Source: a virus
Strand: one strand, 5' to 3'
DNA length: 49,929 nucleotides
Virus genome (UHGV): UHGV-0210343
Part shown: positions 25,996 through 35,117 of the stretch, in pieces
Layout: each line of letters starts with the position of its first letter
Position numbering within the stretch: position 1 is the stretch's first letter
The notes under the pieces: model-generated
What the model was told of the DNA's origin: nothing
Databases searched by the model: none
Seen by the model: the letters and a program-made list of their open reading frames with translations, nothing else
Program-made: the position numbers and the translations under genes

Positions 25996-27355
25996 CAGGC
26001 AATTCCCACTTGAGCGGCTCCATGCCTACCAGCCCGCGAGCCTCATCGACGGTGAGCAGTGCCTGCTGCCCGGCATCAAAGAATGACTTGTTCGCCACGC
26101 TAAGTTTTGACAGTAGCTCCGCCTTGTCGATGTCGGACGGGGCCATAAGGTCATCCCACTTGCAGTAGTAGCCCACCTCAGGTGCTTTGTCGAGAATGCC
26201 AAAGGAAATCATGCGGTCGATAAACACGCCGATGATGTAGTCGAGCCAGTCATCACGTCGCTGCGCTGCGGTAAGCGCGTAGTCAGTCTTATCCTCATCA
26301 GAGGCAAGGCGGCCGGTCTGCTGACCAAACAGGATAGTGAACGGGATTTTAATGGACGCCGAGAACTGGTTGGCGGCCACAGTCCATGTCGGCGACGGGT
26401 CTGCTGGGGTGACGGATAGCACCTTGACATCAGCACCCATAGTGAACATGGCGGCGTCAATGGCCTCATTCAGTCGAGCCACATCCTCGTTGAGCACATC
26501 GGCAAGTTCTTCGAGCTGCACGCCCATCTGCTGCGCCAGGGACTGCGCTGACACGCTGTCTTTATTGTAATTAACGTTGAGCTGACGACTGGCGTTCTTC
26601 AGGAAGCCCTCGGCGCTGGAGCCTGTAACCTTCGCCATGTCGATGAGGTGGTTATACCCTGCACGCAGAAGCGGAACGCCAGAGTAAATGGAGCCATCCA
26701 TCGCACCCTCGGCAAAGATAATGACGCGGTCAGGGTGGATGCTTAGAGAGCGTTCTGGTCTGCCGTCACGGTCGCATACACCGACGCGAGACTCCTGATA
26801 TTCGAACATTGTGGGCTGGCCGTAGTCCTCGCTGGCCTCATCATTATTCCACTCGCTAACTCGCAGCTGCTCCTCCCATGCGGGGATAAAGCGCACAATA
26901 GCGGAATCTTTCAGGCGGCGTGTCTTTGACAGGTCTACCGGCTCACCCCATTGCTTCCCGTCGCGGATTTGCAGGATAAGGCCGGAGTAGCGGTTGATGA
27001 GGTTGCGGCGGTCTGCGTCTTTAATGAATGGCGCCGCTCGCTTGAACAGCTTGTTGGCTGCCTTTTCCCACGGGCTTGACGGTTCGTCATCGGCATCTTC
27101 TTCGAGGATTTGCGGGCAGGACTGCCAGCACTTATCAAGCACACGGTTTACGCCCGCCGCAGCTGGCGCGTAGCGCTCATAGGCGTAACGAAACATCGCA
27201 GGCGTGATGATTTCAGGGTAGCCGCACTCCAGGTAAAGACGGTCGTGCTTGGCGTCGATGTTGACGCCAGAGAACTCTCGCCGCTGTCGCTCAATCAGCC
27301 TGTTATTGTTCGCTACCCTGTCTTTGATGTATGCGTTTACCGCGTCTAACTTTGA
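25928..27355 (-). CDS. Portal protein (the ORF is open to 27382; the likely start is MSKLDAV at 27355 with a GGTGA SD)
   Basis: Size about 475 aa with an acidic Gln-rich C-terminus; follows the terminase genes and precedes the F-like gene. Confidence 0.7.
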   Translation of the reverse strand, partial: SKLDAVNAYIKDRVANNNRLIERQRREFSGVNIDAKHDRLYLECGYPEIITPAMFRYAYERYAPAAAGVNRVLDKCWQSCPQILEEDADDEPSSPWEKAANKLFKRAAPFIKDADRRNLINRYSGLILQIRDGKQWGEPVDLSKTRRLKDSAIVRFIPAWEEQLRVSEWNNDEASEDYGQPTMFEYQESRVGVCDRDGRPERSLSIHPDRVIIFAEGAMDGSIYSGVPLLRAGYNHLIDMAKVTGSSAEGFLKNASRQLNVNYNKDSVSAQSLAQQMGVQLEELADVLNEDVARLNEAIDAAMFTMGADVKVLSVTPADPSPTWTVAANQFSASIKIPFTILFGQQTGRLASDEDKTDYALTAAQRRDDWLDYIIGVFIDRMISFGILDKAPEVGYYCKWDDLMAPSDIDKAELLSKLSVANKSFFDAGQQALLTVDEARGLVGMEPLKWELPDGMQEGQQQDQQQGQTDAPPQS

Positions 27356-27365
27356 CATTTCGTCA

Positions 27366-27409
27366 CCATAAAAAAATCCCATCGGTATGATGGGATTGTA
27401 TCATGATTA
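27366..27409 (-). promoter_or_regulatory. Terminator hairpin AATCCCATC-ggtat-GATGGGATT plus U-run, overlapped by the extended -10 promoter TGATACAAT (27395-27403)
   Basis: 9-bp perfect stem plus 7 T; the -10 places the TSS inside the hairpin. Confidence 0.5.
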
Positions 27410-27427
27410 GGCGGTTGCTGAAGTCTG

Positions 27428-27670
27428 TTACATGTCGTATTCGATTTTAGACGATGAGATTGACACTTTATCACCAGGAGATATTGCACAGGCTTTTTCG
27501 TTGTTTACCTTAACCATCTTGCCTTGCATGAACTTGTAAGCGCTAATTGTTCGCATCGTTACATTTCCTTCATTGTCTTTATAGCTTGCAAACATAACCA
27601 TGTCGGCATCATAGACAACCTCAAGAAAGTCACCGTCGTCGCTGTTTTTGATGGTATGAGCTACTAACAT
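27428..27670 (-). CDS. Hypothetical protein (80 aa); its own TGATACAAT promoter lies at 27702-27710
   Basis: GGAGG SD. Confidence 0.4.
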   Translation of the reverse strand: MLVAHTIKNSDDGDFLEVVYDADMVMFASYKDNEGNVTMRTISAYKFMQGKMVKVNNEKACAISPGDKVSISSSKIEYDM

Positions 27671-27715
27671 CTTGCCTCCAAGGGATTATTGGTATGATGA
27701 GATTGTATCATGATA

Positions 27716-27913
27716 TCAGTCACCAAATGCGTGCTTTCGCAGGGCGCGATTGTCGTAATGAAATACAGCAATCTCTATCCTGTCGCCAAGAACCAGGCCT
27801 CTGCACTTTGCATATAGCTGATATCTCTTTCCGGTAAATCCTGGTCTGAACCATATTTCCTCAATCCATTTTCCGCAACCAGTAGCCACGTCGTGAATTT
27901 CTCTTCTTGTCAT
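27716..27913 (-). CDS. Hypothetical protein (65 aa)
   Basis: ORF. Confidence 0.35.
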   Translation of the reverse strand: MTRREIHDVATGCGKWIEEIWFRPGFTGKRYQLYAKCRGLVLGDRIEIAVFHYDNRALRKHAFGD

Positions 27914-28146
27914 CGCTTTGCCTTACTTTGCTTGTCGTCAACCAAAAAATCGCACCACGCCCAGTAATTTTTAGCGCCCAGATTATGGTCTATCTTTTTC
28001 ATAAAGCGCGCAGCGTCATCGGTTTTATCTGATATGTAATACAGGGCCTTATGCGACGCCAGAAGCAATCCGCCGATAATCAGCATCACGATTAAGTGCG
28101 GATTTATGATGAAAAACAGGATTGTTTTTAGTGCTTTTTTCATCAT
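27910..28146 (-). CDS. Membrane protein (78 aa)
   Basis: TM helix; ATGA-coupled. Confidence 0.4.
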   Translation of the reverse strand: MMKKALKTILFFIINPHLIVMLIIGGLLLASHKALYYISDKTDDAARFMKKIDHNLGAKNYWAWCDFLVDDKQSKAKR

Positions 28147-28328
28147 TCCACCTTCTCCAGCCTATCGATTACTACATCGCTTCCGTTATTCTTATATTTT
28201 GCCAGTTCTTTGCTATCCATGAACCAATCGAAGGCATCATTAGCGTTAGCTGCGCACGCAATGGCGCACACCTTCGCTACAACCTTGCCGCCATCAAGAA
28301 CTTCCGCATGAATAAAGTAAGTGCTCAC
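28143..28328 (-). CDS. Hypothetical protein (61 aa)
   Basis: ATGA-coupled. Confidence 0.35.
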   Translation of the reverse strand: MSTYFIHAEVLDGGKVVAKVCAIACAANANDAFDWFMDSKELAKYKNNGSDVVIDRLEKVE

Positions 28329-28621
28329 TTGTCACCATCCTCGTTATTATAAACGCGCCACTTTCCTACTCCATACCAGCTGCCATATCTACATCTGGTG
28401 CATTCAAATGTGCGACCAAAAACCTCATAGCAACCGACAAACATGCGAAAAAACCCCTTCAGATTAACATCAGGATATTCCCTGGCAATTGCCTTGTACC
28501 ACCTGACCATGCTTATAGCTTCTACTGCCGGCAAAATAAACCACGCCCAAACAACAAGCAGGACAAACATCGCCACAACGATATTGGCAACCAGCCCGCA
28601 CCACCATAGGTATTCGCTCAT
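28325..28621 (-). CDS. Membrane protein (98 aa, 2 TM) with a C-terminal CxxC...Cys cluster
   Basis: Hydrophobic N-terminus. Confidence 0.4.
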   Translation of the reverse strand: MSEYLWWCGLVANIVVAMFVLLVVWAWFILPAVEAISMVRWYKAIAREYPDVNLKGFFRMFVGCYEVFGRTFECTRCRYGSWYGVGKWRVYNNEDGDK

Positions 28622-28800
28622 TACTCAATCTCCTCGCCATCAATCCAGCGTTGCAGGGCGTCGATAAGCTGCGCGGCCTGGTGTTTGTCGATGATTATAG
28701 TGTCGTGGGATTGACACAACATCAAATCATGCTCATCTGACAGCCTTCCATTAATGATTAGATTGCACGCATCTAATTTTGTATGGCCTTCAATAATCAT
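28621..28800 (-). CDS. Small protein (59 aa); TAATG and ATGA overlaps with its neighbours
   Basis: GGGGATGA SD; not in the ORF track because it is under 60 aa. Confidence 0.3.
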   Translation of the reverse strand: MIIEGHTKLDACNLIINGRLSDEHDLMLCQSHDTIIIDKHQAAQLIDALQRWIDGEEIE

Positions 28801-29285
28801 TTCATCCCCTCACCATGTTTGAATTGATAGGTTTTAACATTCGAGTCAGTAAAAGCGTCTAGTGCTGACGCGGTAATTACCGCCTGTTCAGCCGTCTGCC
28901 CCAAATACATTGCGGTCATAGCGAAGTCGCGCCCACAACCAGCGGCAAGCGGGGGAGTGACTACGTAAACCGCCGGATATTTATTGTCAGGAATCTTCTG
29001 GATGGCAAAACAGTTACCTTTATCCGTGAATACCCATTGAGTAAAGTCCAGCTCTTCTGGCATCTCCATGATGTCATCAACGTTCCGCCGCATGAACTGC
29101 TTCGCGTATCGCTCATCACCAGCAGCACCACTACCAACAATCAATACAGCCAGCTCTCCGCAAATAAAAAACCTATCATCGGCATCAAGCACAAAAGACT
29201 TCTGCTGGTTAGCCATAATAAGGCTCCCGGCAGTGGCCTGGCTATCGTGAGCAATCGTAATCCCATCCCAAGCAATTGTTGTCAT
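28797..29285 (-). CDS. Putative Ntn-hydrolase of the proteasome/HslV-like fold (162 aa)
   Basis: N-terminal MTTIAWDG.TIAHDSQATAG resembles the HslV start MTTIVSV...GDGQATLG, with Thr1 as nucleophile; similarity judged by eye only. Confidence 0.35.
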   Translation of the reverse strand: MTTIAWDGITIAHDSQATAGSLIMANQQKSFVLDADDRFFICGELAVLIVGSGAAGDERYAKQFMRRNVDDIMEMPEELDFTQWVFTDKGNCFAIQKIPDNKYPAVYVVTPPLAAGCGRDFAMTAMYLGQTAEQAVITASALDAFTDSNVKTYQFKHGEGMK

Positions 29286-29316
29286 TTCATCACCTCAATC
29301 ATAAATACGATACCAT

Positions 29317-29556
29317 TCATAAATCACCCCCCTCATCGTTATTTAACTCAACATTCCGAAAGAAATCGTTAATCGTCTTCAGGCCACTATAACCACGGCG
29401 CCGCTGCAACTCACACAGCACTTCATCATACATGCGCAGCAGAATGGCCTCATCAACATCGTACCTTTCGCACAGAGCCTCATCAGACACACCGGCTCTT
29501 GCTAGTGAGTATATTTTTTCCTTCTGCTCCCACGAAAAAGATGAGTATGCCTTCAT
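29317..29556 (-). CDS. Hypothetical protein (79 aa)
   Basis: First gene of the minus unit. Confidence 0.4.
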   Translation of the reverse strand: MKAYSSFSWEQKEKIYSLARAGVSDEALCERYDVDEAILLRMYDEVLCELQRRRGYSGLKTINDFFRNVELNNDEGGDL

Positions 29557-29589
29557 GATGCCCCGGTGATGTAGTTATGTCAACGCTCC

Positions 29590-29618
29590 TTGACGTAGAT
29601 TCTAGCATGGCGTAGATT
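29590..29618 (+). promoter_or_regulatory. Promoter TTGACGTAGATT-N17-TAGATT
   Basis: Family motif; the GTAGATT element occurs at both the -35-proximal and -10 positions. Confidence 0.55.
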
Positions 29619-29644
29619 AAAATGAAACCTCTCGGAGAAATCTT

Positions 29645-29935
29645 ATGAAATGTGTCATTTTCGAGCTTGATGGTGTGCTGCGCGATGCTGAAGGTAATGT
29701 TATTGCTGGCAACGTAGCGCTGGCTAAGTCACTATACTCTGCTGGGCATGATGTGCTGATTATGAGGGCAAAGCATGCGTATGAATGGCTGCATGCTAAC
29801 GATATTTTCTATGATGACATTATGGCTTCGCACCAGCAGATTGACGCTGACAGGGTGGCAATGGCAGTCGTGTCTGATGATGTGATTTATGCCGCAATGC
29901 GGAATGCAGGGATTCATTGCTGGCTTTACAAATAA
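29645..29935 (+). CDS. Hypothetical protein (96 aa)
   Basis: ORF after the promoter. Confidence 0.45.
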   Translation: MKCVIFELDGVLRDAEGNVIAGNVALAKSLYSAGHDVLIMRAKHAYEWLHANDIFYDDIMASHQQIDADRVAMAVVSDDVIYAAMRNAGIHCWLYK

Positions 29936-29948
29936 TTTATTATAAATG

Positions 29949-29977
29949 TTGACGTGGATTTATCGCTGATGTAGATT
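29949..29977 (+). promoter_or_regulatory. Promoter TTGACGTGGATT-N-TGATGTAGATT
   Basis: Family motif with 17-bp spacing. Confidence 0.5.
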
Positions 29978-30005
29978 GTAGTTATTGAGGCGGTCATAGC
30001 CGTAA

Positions 30006-30278
30006 ATGAATGAGGGTAAGATGATGTTTGAACAATCTTTTGAAGAAATGAAAGCAAGCGTTTTTGTTGAAAGCAAAGATGCCGGGATGGCTTTCCAATA
30101 CGGCATCGCCACTATCACGACCGGTTTCAACGAAATTAGCAGCCTTGAGGCAATTGAGCTTGTTCGCAAGTTTGACCGCCTGCAGGTTAATGTTCCAAAG
30201 CGCTCGCAAAAGAAATGGCGCGCCCTGCGAATGTCATTTGCGCTGGCTTTTGGCCCTGAAATGCTTGAACGTATTTAA
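30006..30278 (+). CDS. Hypothetical protein (90 aa)
   Basis: GAGGGTAAG SD. Confidence 0.45.
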   Translation: MNEGKMMFEQSFEEMKASVFVESKDAGMAFQYGIATITTGFNEISSLEAIELVRKFDRLQVNVPKRSQKKWRALRMSFALAFGPEMLERI

Positions 30279-30282
30279 ACCA

Positions 30283-30310
30283 ACATGCCCCGGAAGCGGG
30301 GCTTTATTTC
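30283..30310 (+). terminator. Terminator GCCCCGgaaGCGGGGC + TTTATTT
   Basis: Hairpin plus T-run. Confidence 0.65.
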
Positions 30311-31737
30311 TACCTCTTACTCCTGCGCAGCCATCCACTACCGCGCTGAACAATCATATCCCCAAGCGCATAGCGCACTGCATCCCAATAGTGGTTGTGC
30401 GCATCGACAATATCAGTCAGCACGTTGCCGGTCAGCTTATCCACCTTGTAGTTGTAATTCATAGCCTCGTCTTTCAGCTCGGCGCAGCGGTCGTGAATGA
30501 TAATGCTGTCGCAGCCACGCAGCCATGCAATGCCATCCTCAACGCTGCCAGGCCATTTGACGCACGGATGCATGTTATATCCGGCCTTATTTTTCATGTG
30601 ACTAATCATCTCCGGTCGCGCACTGTCGGCAATCCATTTGTGTCGCTTGCCACCGGGGAACCACTGCTCAAGCGCTGTTTCTGTGTCGGTTATCTCAAGC
30701 CCGACGCGACCGCCTTCACGATAAATATAAACTTTGCGCCTGTCGCCAGGTAGCTCCTCTACATAAACCTCGACAGCGGCCAGCGGATCGGTGCTGAATC
30801 CCCAGTCAAGGCCATAGTAAGGGCCGTGCCAATGCGGTTGCGGCTCGAATGTATCGGTACGCCACTTGCCGCCAAATATTTGCTCATCGCTACGCTTATT
30901 AAATTTTCCTTCCCAAATCCAGAGGTAGCGGTCGAAGTCGGTAGACTTCATTCGCTCCATTGATTTTGGTAGCGGGGTGTCGTAAAACCACGGGTTATCT
31001 GTATAGTTACACTCAATGATGAGCATATCATCATCTTCGTAAATACCATCAATCATGCGGCTGCGATATGGCTCTATCCAGTTCTTCCAGGTAGGGTCCG
31101 TTTCCTTGTTGGGGTTGAATGAACACCATAACTCAGAGTTAGCTGCGCGAATGGTCGGCTCAAGTATATCCCAGCTGCTCTGGCTGACGTTCTCGGCCTC
31201 TTCCACCCATCCAATGGTGATGCCAGCAAAGCCTTTAACCGTGGTTTGGTTGCGATACAGACCTTTGAAGCGGAACTTTGATTTGGTCTTCTTGTGGGTT
31301 ATCTCGTTATTGATGACCCTGAACTCTGCTGCTTCACCCTTGCGAGAAATTTCATCGACAAGCTCCTGATAGGAGCTGTCTTCAATCGACTGCTGAATCT
31401 CACGGAAGCATGCCACGCGGTCTTTACGGAAGCGAGCGCGCTCAGTGAGGATGGTGATGATGGTTCTGGTCTTTGCTGAACCACGCCCACCGAAAGCAAA
31501 CTTAAAACGCTTAGGATAAAGCAGCCTTTCGAGTTTTGCTGGGATTAAATGGTCTGCATGCGTGGTTGCATGGGTGACATCTTCAACTCCGTCAGCGGTC
31601 ATTCTGAGGCGCTTAATGACGTTCTTCTGCATGTCGCAGATGCCGAAGATGGCAGATTCGGCGACATCAGTCAGCACATCGTCGACCTGCGCTTCCAGCT
31701 TTTCTATTGCCAGTGCGGAAAGGCGTTTACGAGCCAT
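30310..31737 (-). CDS. terL: Terminase large subunit (475 aa)
   Basis: Walker A GGRGSAKT near the N-terminus; size; position after the small subunit. Confidence 0.85.
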   Translation of the reverse strand: MARKRLSALAIEKLEAQVDDVLTDVAESAIFGICDMQKNVIKRLRMTADGVEDVTHATTHADHLIPAKLERLLYPKRFKFAFGGRGSAKTRTIITILTERARFRKDRVACFREIQQSIEDSSYQELVDEISRKGEAAEFRVINNEITHKKTKSKFRFKGLYRNQTTVKGFAGITIGWVEEAENVSQSSWDILEPTIRAANSELWCSFNPNKETDPTWKNWIEPYRSRMIDGIYEDDDMLIIECNYTDNPWFYDTPLPKSMERMKSTDFDRYLWIWEGKFNKRSDEQIFGGKWRTDTFEPQPHWHGPYYGLDWGFSTDPLAAVEVYVEELPGDRRKVYIYREGGRVGLEITDTETALEQWFPGGKRHKWIADSARPEMISHMKNKAGYNMHPCVKWPGSVEDGIAWLRGCDSIIIHDRCAELKDEAMNYNYKVDKLTGNVLTDIVDAHNHYWDAVRYALGDMIVQRGSGWLRRSKR

Positions 31738-32176
31738 TCGCGCTCTCCATCATCTTCTCAAGTCGCTCAAGCCTCTCGGCAAGCTCAGTAAGCTCTTTGA
31801 CGTCAAGGCCAACCTTAATCATTGATACAACCTGAGACGCAACATCAATTGGAAGTTCTCCAAGCGAGACTGACTGAATGACATCTTCAATCTGCTGGAC
31901 TGGTGTTGCACCCTTCTGATACTTGAACTCAACAGGAGGGGCCATTGTCTTCTGCATGGGGCTAATGCGAAGAAATATTTCTTTCAGCATTTGCACGCCC
32001 TGGGTTGGATTTTCCTCCACCATTCTGATTGACGTGCGAATGAATGCGTCAAGAAACTCCTCTTCACCCATCCCGCAGCGCTTTAATGCTTCTATTAGCC
32101 TGTTTCTGTAGCTTAAACCTCTTCCTGCTGGCTGATATTCAGCGGAAAACTTCATAACTGGATTCGGGTTTGCCAT
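31727..32176 (-). CDS. Terminase small subunit (149 aa), putative
   Basis: Immediately upstream of, and overlapping, the large subunit; TGGTAACAT extended -10 at 32211-32219. Confidence 0.5.
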   Translation of the reverse strand: MANPNPVMKFSAEYQPAGRGLSYRNRLIEALKRCGMGEEEFLDAFIRTSIRMVEENPTQGVQMLKEIFLRISPMQKTMAPPVEFKYQKGATPVQQIEDVIQSVSLGELPIDVASQVVSMIKVGLDVKELTELAERLERLEKMMESANGS

Positions 32177-32231
32177 GCTCTTTTCGTCTTTTCGTAAACC
32201 GGATAGCCCTATGTTACCACAATGGCGTAGA

Positions 32232-32262
32232 TAAAAAAGAACCCGCCGAAGCGGGTTAAAAG
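32232..32262 (-). terminator. Rho-independent terminator AACCCGCttcgGCGGGTT + U-run ending the 34629->32290 unit
   Basis: Hairpin with a T-run on the minus side only. Confidence 0.65.
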
Positions 32263-32610
32263 GGTGGTGGGTGATGTGATGGACTTATTTTACATCACTA
32301 TTCACATAACACCAAACATTCTGCTTATCTGATTTCACATGAACGATATCAATCGCATCAGGAAAGGCTTTCGCAATGGCGGCAATGAAGTGGTCAACCT
32401 TTTCCTCTTTGGATTCCTGCCATACCTCCTGCTTCGTTTTCTTCGGCATTACTTATACCTCACCGTTGAGTACATGTACTGCAATGATAAATGATGCTCG
32501 ATAACCATCATCATGCTGCCAACCTGAATAACGGAGTGATGCATGCCAGTCTCCTCATACAGGAAATCAGCCTCTTCGCATGCGGCCTGGATGTCGCTCC
32601 ACAGCATAAA

Positions 32611-32958
32611 TTACCTCACGATAAACCAGACAGCTAACGCAACAGCAATCCAGAATGCAGCGCAGGCTACAGCAACAAGCCTTCGTATGATGTATGGTTT
32701 CATGGTTTTTACTTCTGCTGATGACTTATACATCAACCACTTTTGCTCGATAAATTTGTAAGCAATGGTCATAATGATCTTTGGCCACAACACAATGAAG
32801 AGTAGCAAGCACAGAATGTTATTCTTAATGCCAGTTGTTTCGTCAGCCCTTGTTATTTGAGCCAAAATCCACAAAACAAGACCGATGGAGAAATACCATT
32901 CCATTACTTCACCTCCTGCGGGGCGGCTGGCAACTCCATCCAGTGGGTGGGCGTCCAT
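32611..32958 (-). CDS. Membrane protein (115 aa, 3 TM)
   Basis: Hydrophobic helices. Confidence 0.4.
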   Translation of the reverse strand: MDAHPLDGVASRPAGGEVMEWYFSIGLVLWILAQITRADETTGIKNNILCLLLFIVLWPKIIMTIAYKFIEQKWLMYKSSAEVKTMKPYIIRRLVAVACAAFWIAVALAVWFIVR

Positions 32959-33455
32959 GACGCGCCGGGGATCAACCAGCCGCTACTCTGCGAATCAGGG
33001 TGGCCAGGGATATACGTTGCCCATTTGCAACACCACCGCGGCTTCTCTCCCCACCAACGCCCGACCAATACCTCATAACGAGGTGGCGGCATCCGCTCGC
33101 TTACCGGAATCCATTTACCCGGCACGGTGGCCGGTTCACTGCTGGGTGACTGCGGGGCGGCTACGATGCGATCGGTGGCGGGGGTTTCCACGTCGAGAAC
33201 AAACTGAAATTCATGTAACGTCTGACCGTCAACAAAATCACCGATTGATGGGTCGATCAGTTTATTGAGCCTCGAGTACACGGCGCATGCTTCTCCGAGC
33301 AATTCCTTGCCTTTTGACTTCAGCGCCACATTCTCTGCAGCCAGCTGCACGCACAGCTTTGCAACATTGAGGTATTTTTCCTCTTTGATTGAGAGTTCAC
33401 CACCACCATCAAGGTTTTTAATAATTTCCAGAACTTCGTTAATTTCGATATCCAT
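32904..33455 (-). CDS. DUF551-like phage protein (183 aa); W-rich C-terminal domain (KWIPVSERMPP...VLVGRWW...W)
   Basis: Motif match by eye. Confidence 0.45.
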   Translation of the reverse strand: MDIEINEVLEIIKNLDGGGELSIKEEKYLNVAKLCVQLAAENVALKSKGKELLGEACAVYSRLNKLIDPSIGDFVDGQTLHEFQFVLDVETPATDRIVAAPQSPSSEPATVPGKWIPVSERMPPPRYEVLVGRWWGEKPRWCCKWATYIPGHPDSQSSGWLIPGASWTPTHWMELPAAPQEVK

Positions 33456-33461
33456 AAATCC

Positions 33462-33761
33462 TCACTTAACCGCCTGTAAACGCTCAAGCTCACGCATCAG
33501 TGCAGATACACGGCGCTGCCGCAAAGTCTCTGCATGCTCTTTTGCCTGCTGCTCATCAAGCCAGTATTCGCCACGTTTAAAGTAAACATCGCCAACAACC
33601 GCCACGTTTCCACCTGCAAACAGCTGAGCGCTTTCGTACTTCTGAATGCCACGGGTAAGTGCATATTTCGTTACCCATATGGTTTCGGCGCTTGTTGCGT
33701 TAGCGATAACCAGTAAAACCACTGCAATTATCTTATTCATCGTTGCTAAACCTGTTCGCAT
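33462..33761 (-). CDS. Secreted/periplasmic protein (start probably MNKIIAV; signal peptide ATSA|ET)
   Basis: Signal peptide. Confidence 0.4.
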   Translation of the reverse strand: MRTGLATMNKIIAVVLLVIANATSAETIWVTKYALTRGIQKYESAQLFAGGNVAVVGDVYFKRGEYWLDEQQAKEHAETLRQRRVSALMRELERLQAVK

Positions 33762-33820
33762 CAGTGAAATTCAATAAGTATGTTTTTTACTTCACACACC
33801 AGGCCACATAAACATTAAAT

Positions 33821-34309
33821 TTATTTACCATGATTCTCATGGAATCCGTAGAACTCTTCAGCCTCTCTTCTCACTTTTACTGCCATATCAAAGCTGTTAA
33901 ATTCACCAAGATGTATATTTCGTTTAAACAATGTTATTTGTGCTCTCCATTTTTTGCTTCTCCTGTCCCATGACACCCCCGTTACTCCGCTTTTATTATT
34001 TTTCTTTTTTGTCATATTCCATGCATTATCAATTTTTGTTACTAATCTGAGGTTCTCAATTCTGTTGTCATCACGAATGTGGTTGATGTGGTCTATATAC
34101 ATACCATCAGGTATTGTTCCATTGTGCATCTCCCATACTATGCGATGCGCTGCTGTTATCTTTCCATCAACATTAACATAAATGTATCCATTTTTCCTTT
34201 TAGTCCCAGCAACATCACCTTTCTTGATTCTTGTGCAGTCTGATTTAGACCACACCAAAACACCATTGTTTATTGAAAACTTATCCAGGAGCATGCTTTT
34301 CCTGTCCAT
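33821..34309 (-). CDS. HNH homing endonuclease with AP2 domain
   Basis: HRIVWEMHNG...IDHINHIRDDNRIENLRL (HNH_3) + GVTGVSWDRRSKKWRAQI (AP2). Confidence 0.7.
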   Translation of the reverse strand: MDRKSMLLDKFSINNGVLVWSKSDCTRIKKGDVAGTKRKNGYIYVNVDGKITAAHRIVWEMHNGTIPDGMYIDHINHIRDDNRIENLRLVTKIDNAWNMTKKKNNKSGVTGVSWDRRSKKWRAQITLFKRNIHLGEFNSFDMAVKVRREAEEFYGFHENHGK

Positions 34310-34443
34310 TTCTTTTCCTCATCGCTTTTAATCTACAGTAGTTGCAGCAATACTTCTTGTCCTTCCTGCAACCTGGTAAAAGTTCTTTTCCGCACATCTG
34401 ACACTTCATGTCTCACCTCATGAATAATGATAACACATAATCG

Positions 34444-34629
34444 TTACGATACAATAATTACTTCTTCTAAAATTTTACGCTTACCTTCGCCACTAAAAAC
34501 GCGACAGACGCGCTTACCGTTGCTGTATGCATGCATTGCCTGCGCCATCATAAAGTTTTTCGCTTTCACTGCGCCCATTTCTGGTTCAAGTTGAGTGCGC
34601 GTGTAGATTGCTTTGGTCATTTTCATCAC
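34444..34629 (-). CDS. Hypothetical protein (61 aa)
   Basis: First ORF after the promoter. Confidence 0.35.
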   Translation of the reverse strand: MMKMTKAIYTRTQLEPEMGAVKAKNFMMAQAMHAYSNGKRVCRVFSGEGKRKILEEVIIVS

Positions 34630-34650
34630 CTCTTTGTTGTTGGTGTGGTA

Positions 34651-34679
34651 ACTATACGACTGCGCTCAATCTACGTCAA
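34651..34679 (-). promoter_or_regulatory. Promoter TTGACGTAGATTGA-N-TATAGT on the minus strand
   Basis: Family motif with 17-bp spacing; the only minus-strand instance found. Confidence 0.55.
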
Positions 34680-34689
34680 TATGATGGTG

Positions 34690-35117
34690 AAAATAAAATT
34701 TAGTTAGTAATCACTTACAGTTATCAATTTTGCAAGTTGTTGATATATATAGAATACACTCAACCCATTTAACCCAAGATTTTTTTTGTTTAACCATAGA
34801 TAACCATGTAAATTCATTAACTTATGTAATGTTCAACCATTTATCACTTAAACCTTCACCATGATAGAAAAGTAGAAAATTTTTGATGCGTTTTTTGCTA
34901 AAATTTGCGCAAAGCAAAAAATGGGTTGAATTGGATAAATACTACTATCTACTGATAATAATAGTAGTAAATACATATACATAGTATGTAAAAACACTTA
35001 TCCAACCACTTATCCAACTTTATCAATTTCAACCCAAAGCGCGACCCACGAACAAGAGGGTAAGGTATTGCGCCGATTTATTTAATATTTTATAATCACA
35101 AAAAATAAGGAGGAGTT
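34690..35117. repeat. AT-rich non-coding region (~430 bp) with two tandem TTATCCAAC boxes (34998-35006, 35010-35018), an inverted TTGGATAA (34931-38), an 8-bp inverted repeat ACTACTAT/ATAGTAGT (34941-68) and AACCCATTTAACCC-type repeats
   Basis: Read directly; the boxes match the DnaA-box consensus TTATCCACA at 8 of 9 positions. Confidence 0.45.

Noticed and set aside
25428-26570. ORFs nested in the F-like and portal genes (25428-25769, 26209-26469, 26337-26570)
   Set aside because: They are Arg/Ser/Thr-rich reverse or alternative frames of strongly supported long genes.
30064-30753. 229-aa plus-strand ORF overlapping the terminase large subunit
   Set aside because: It is antisense to terL, which has a clear Walker A motif. 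No expression signals.
31055-31499. Small ORFs inside terL on both strands
   Set aside because: Nested in terL, with no signals.
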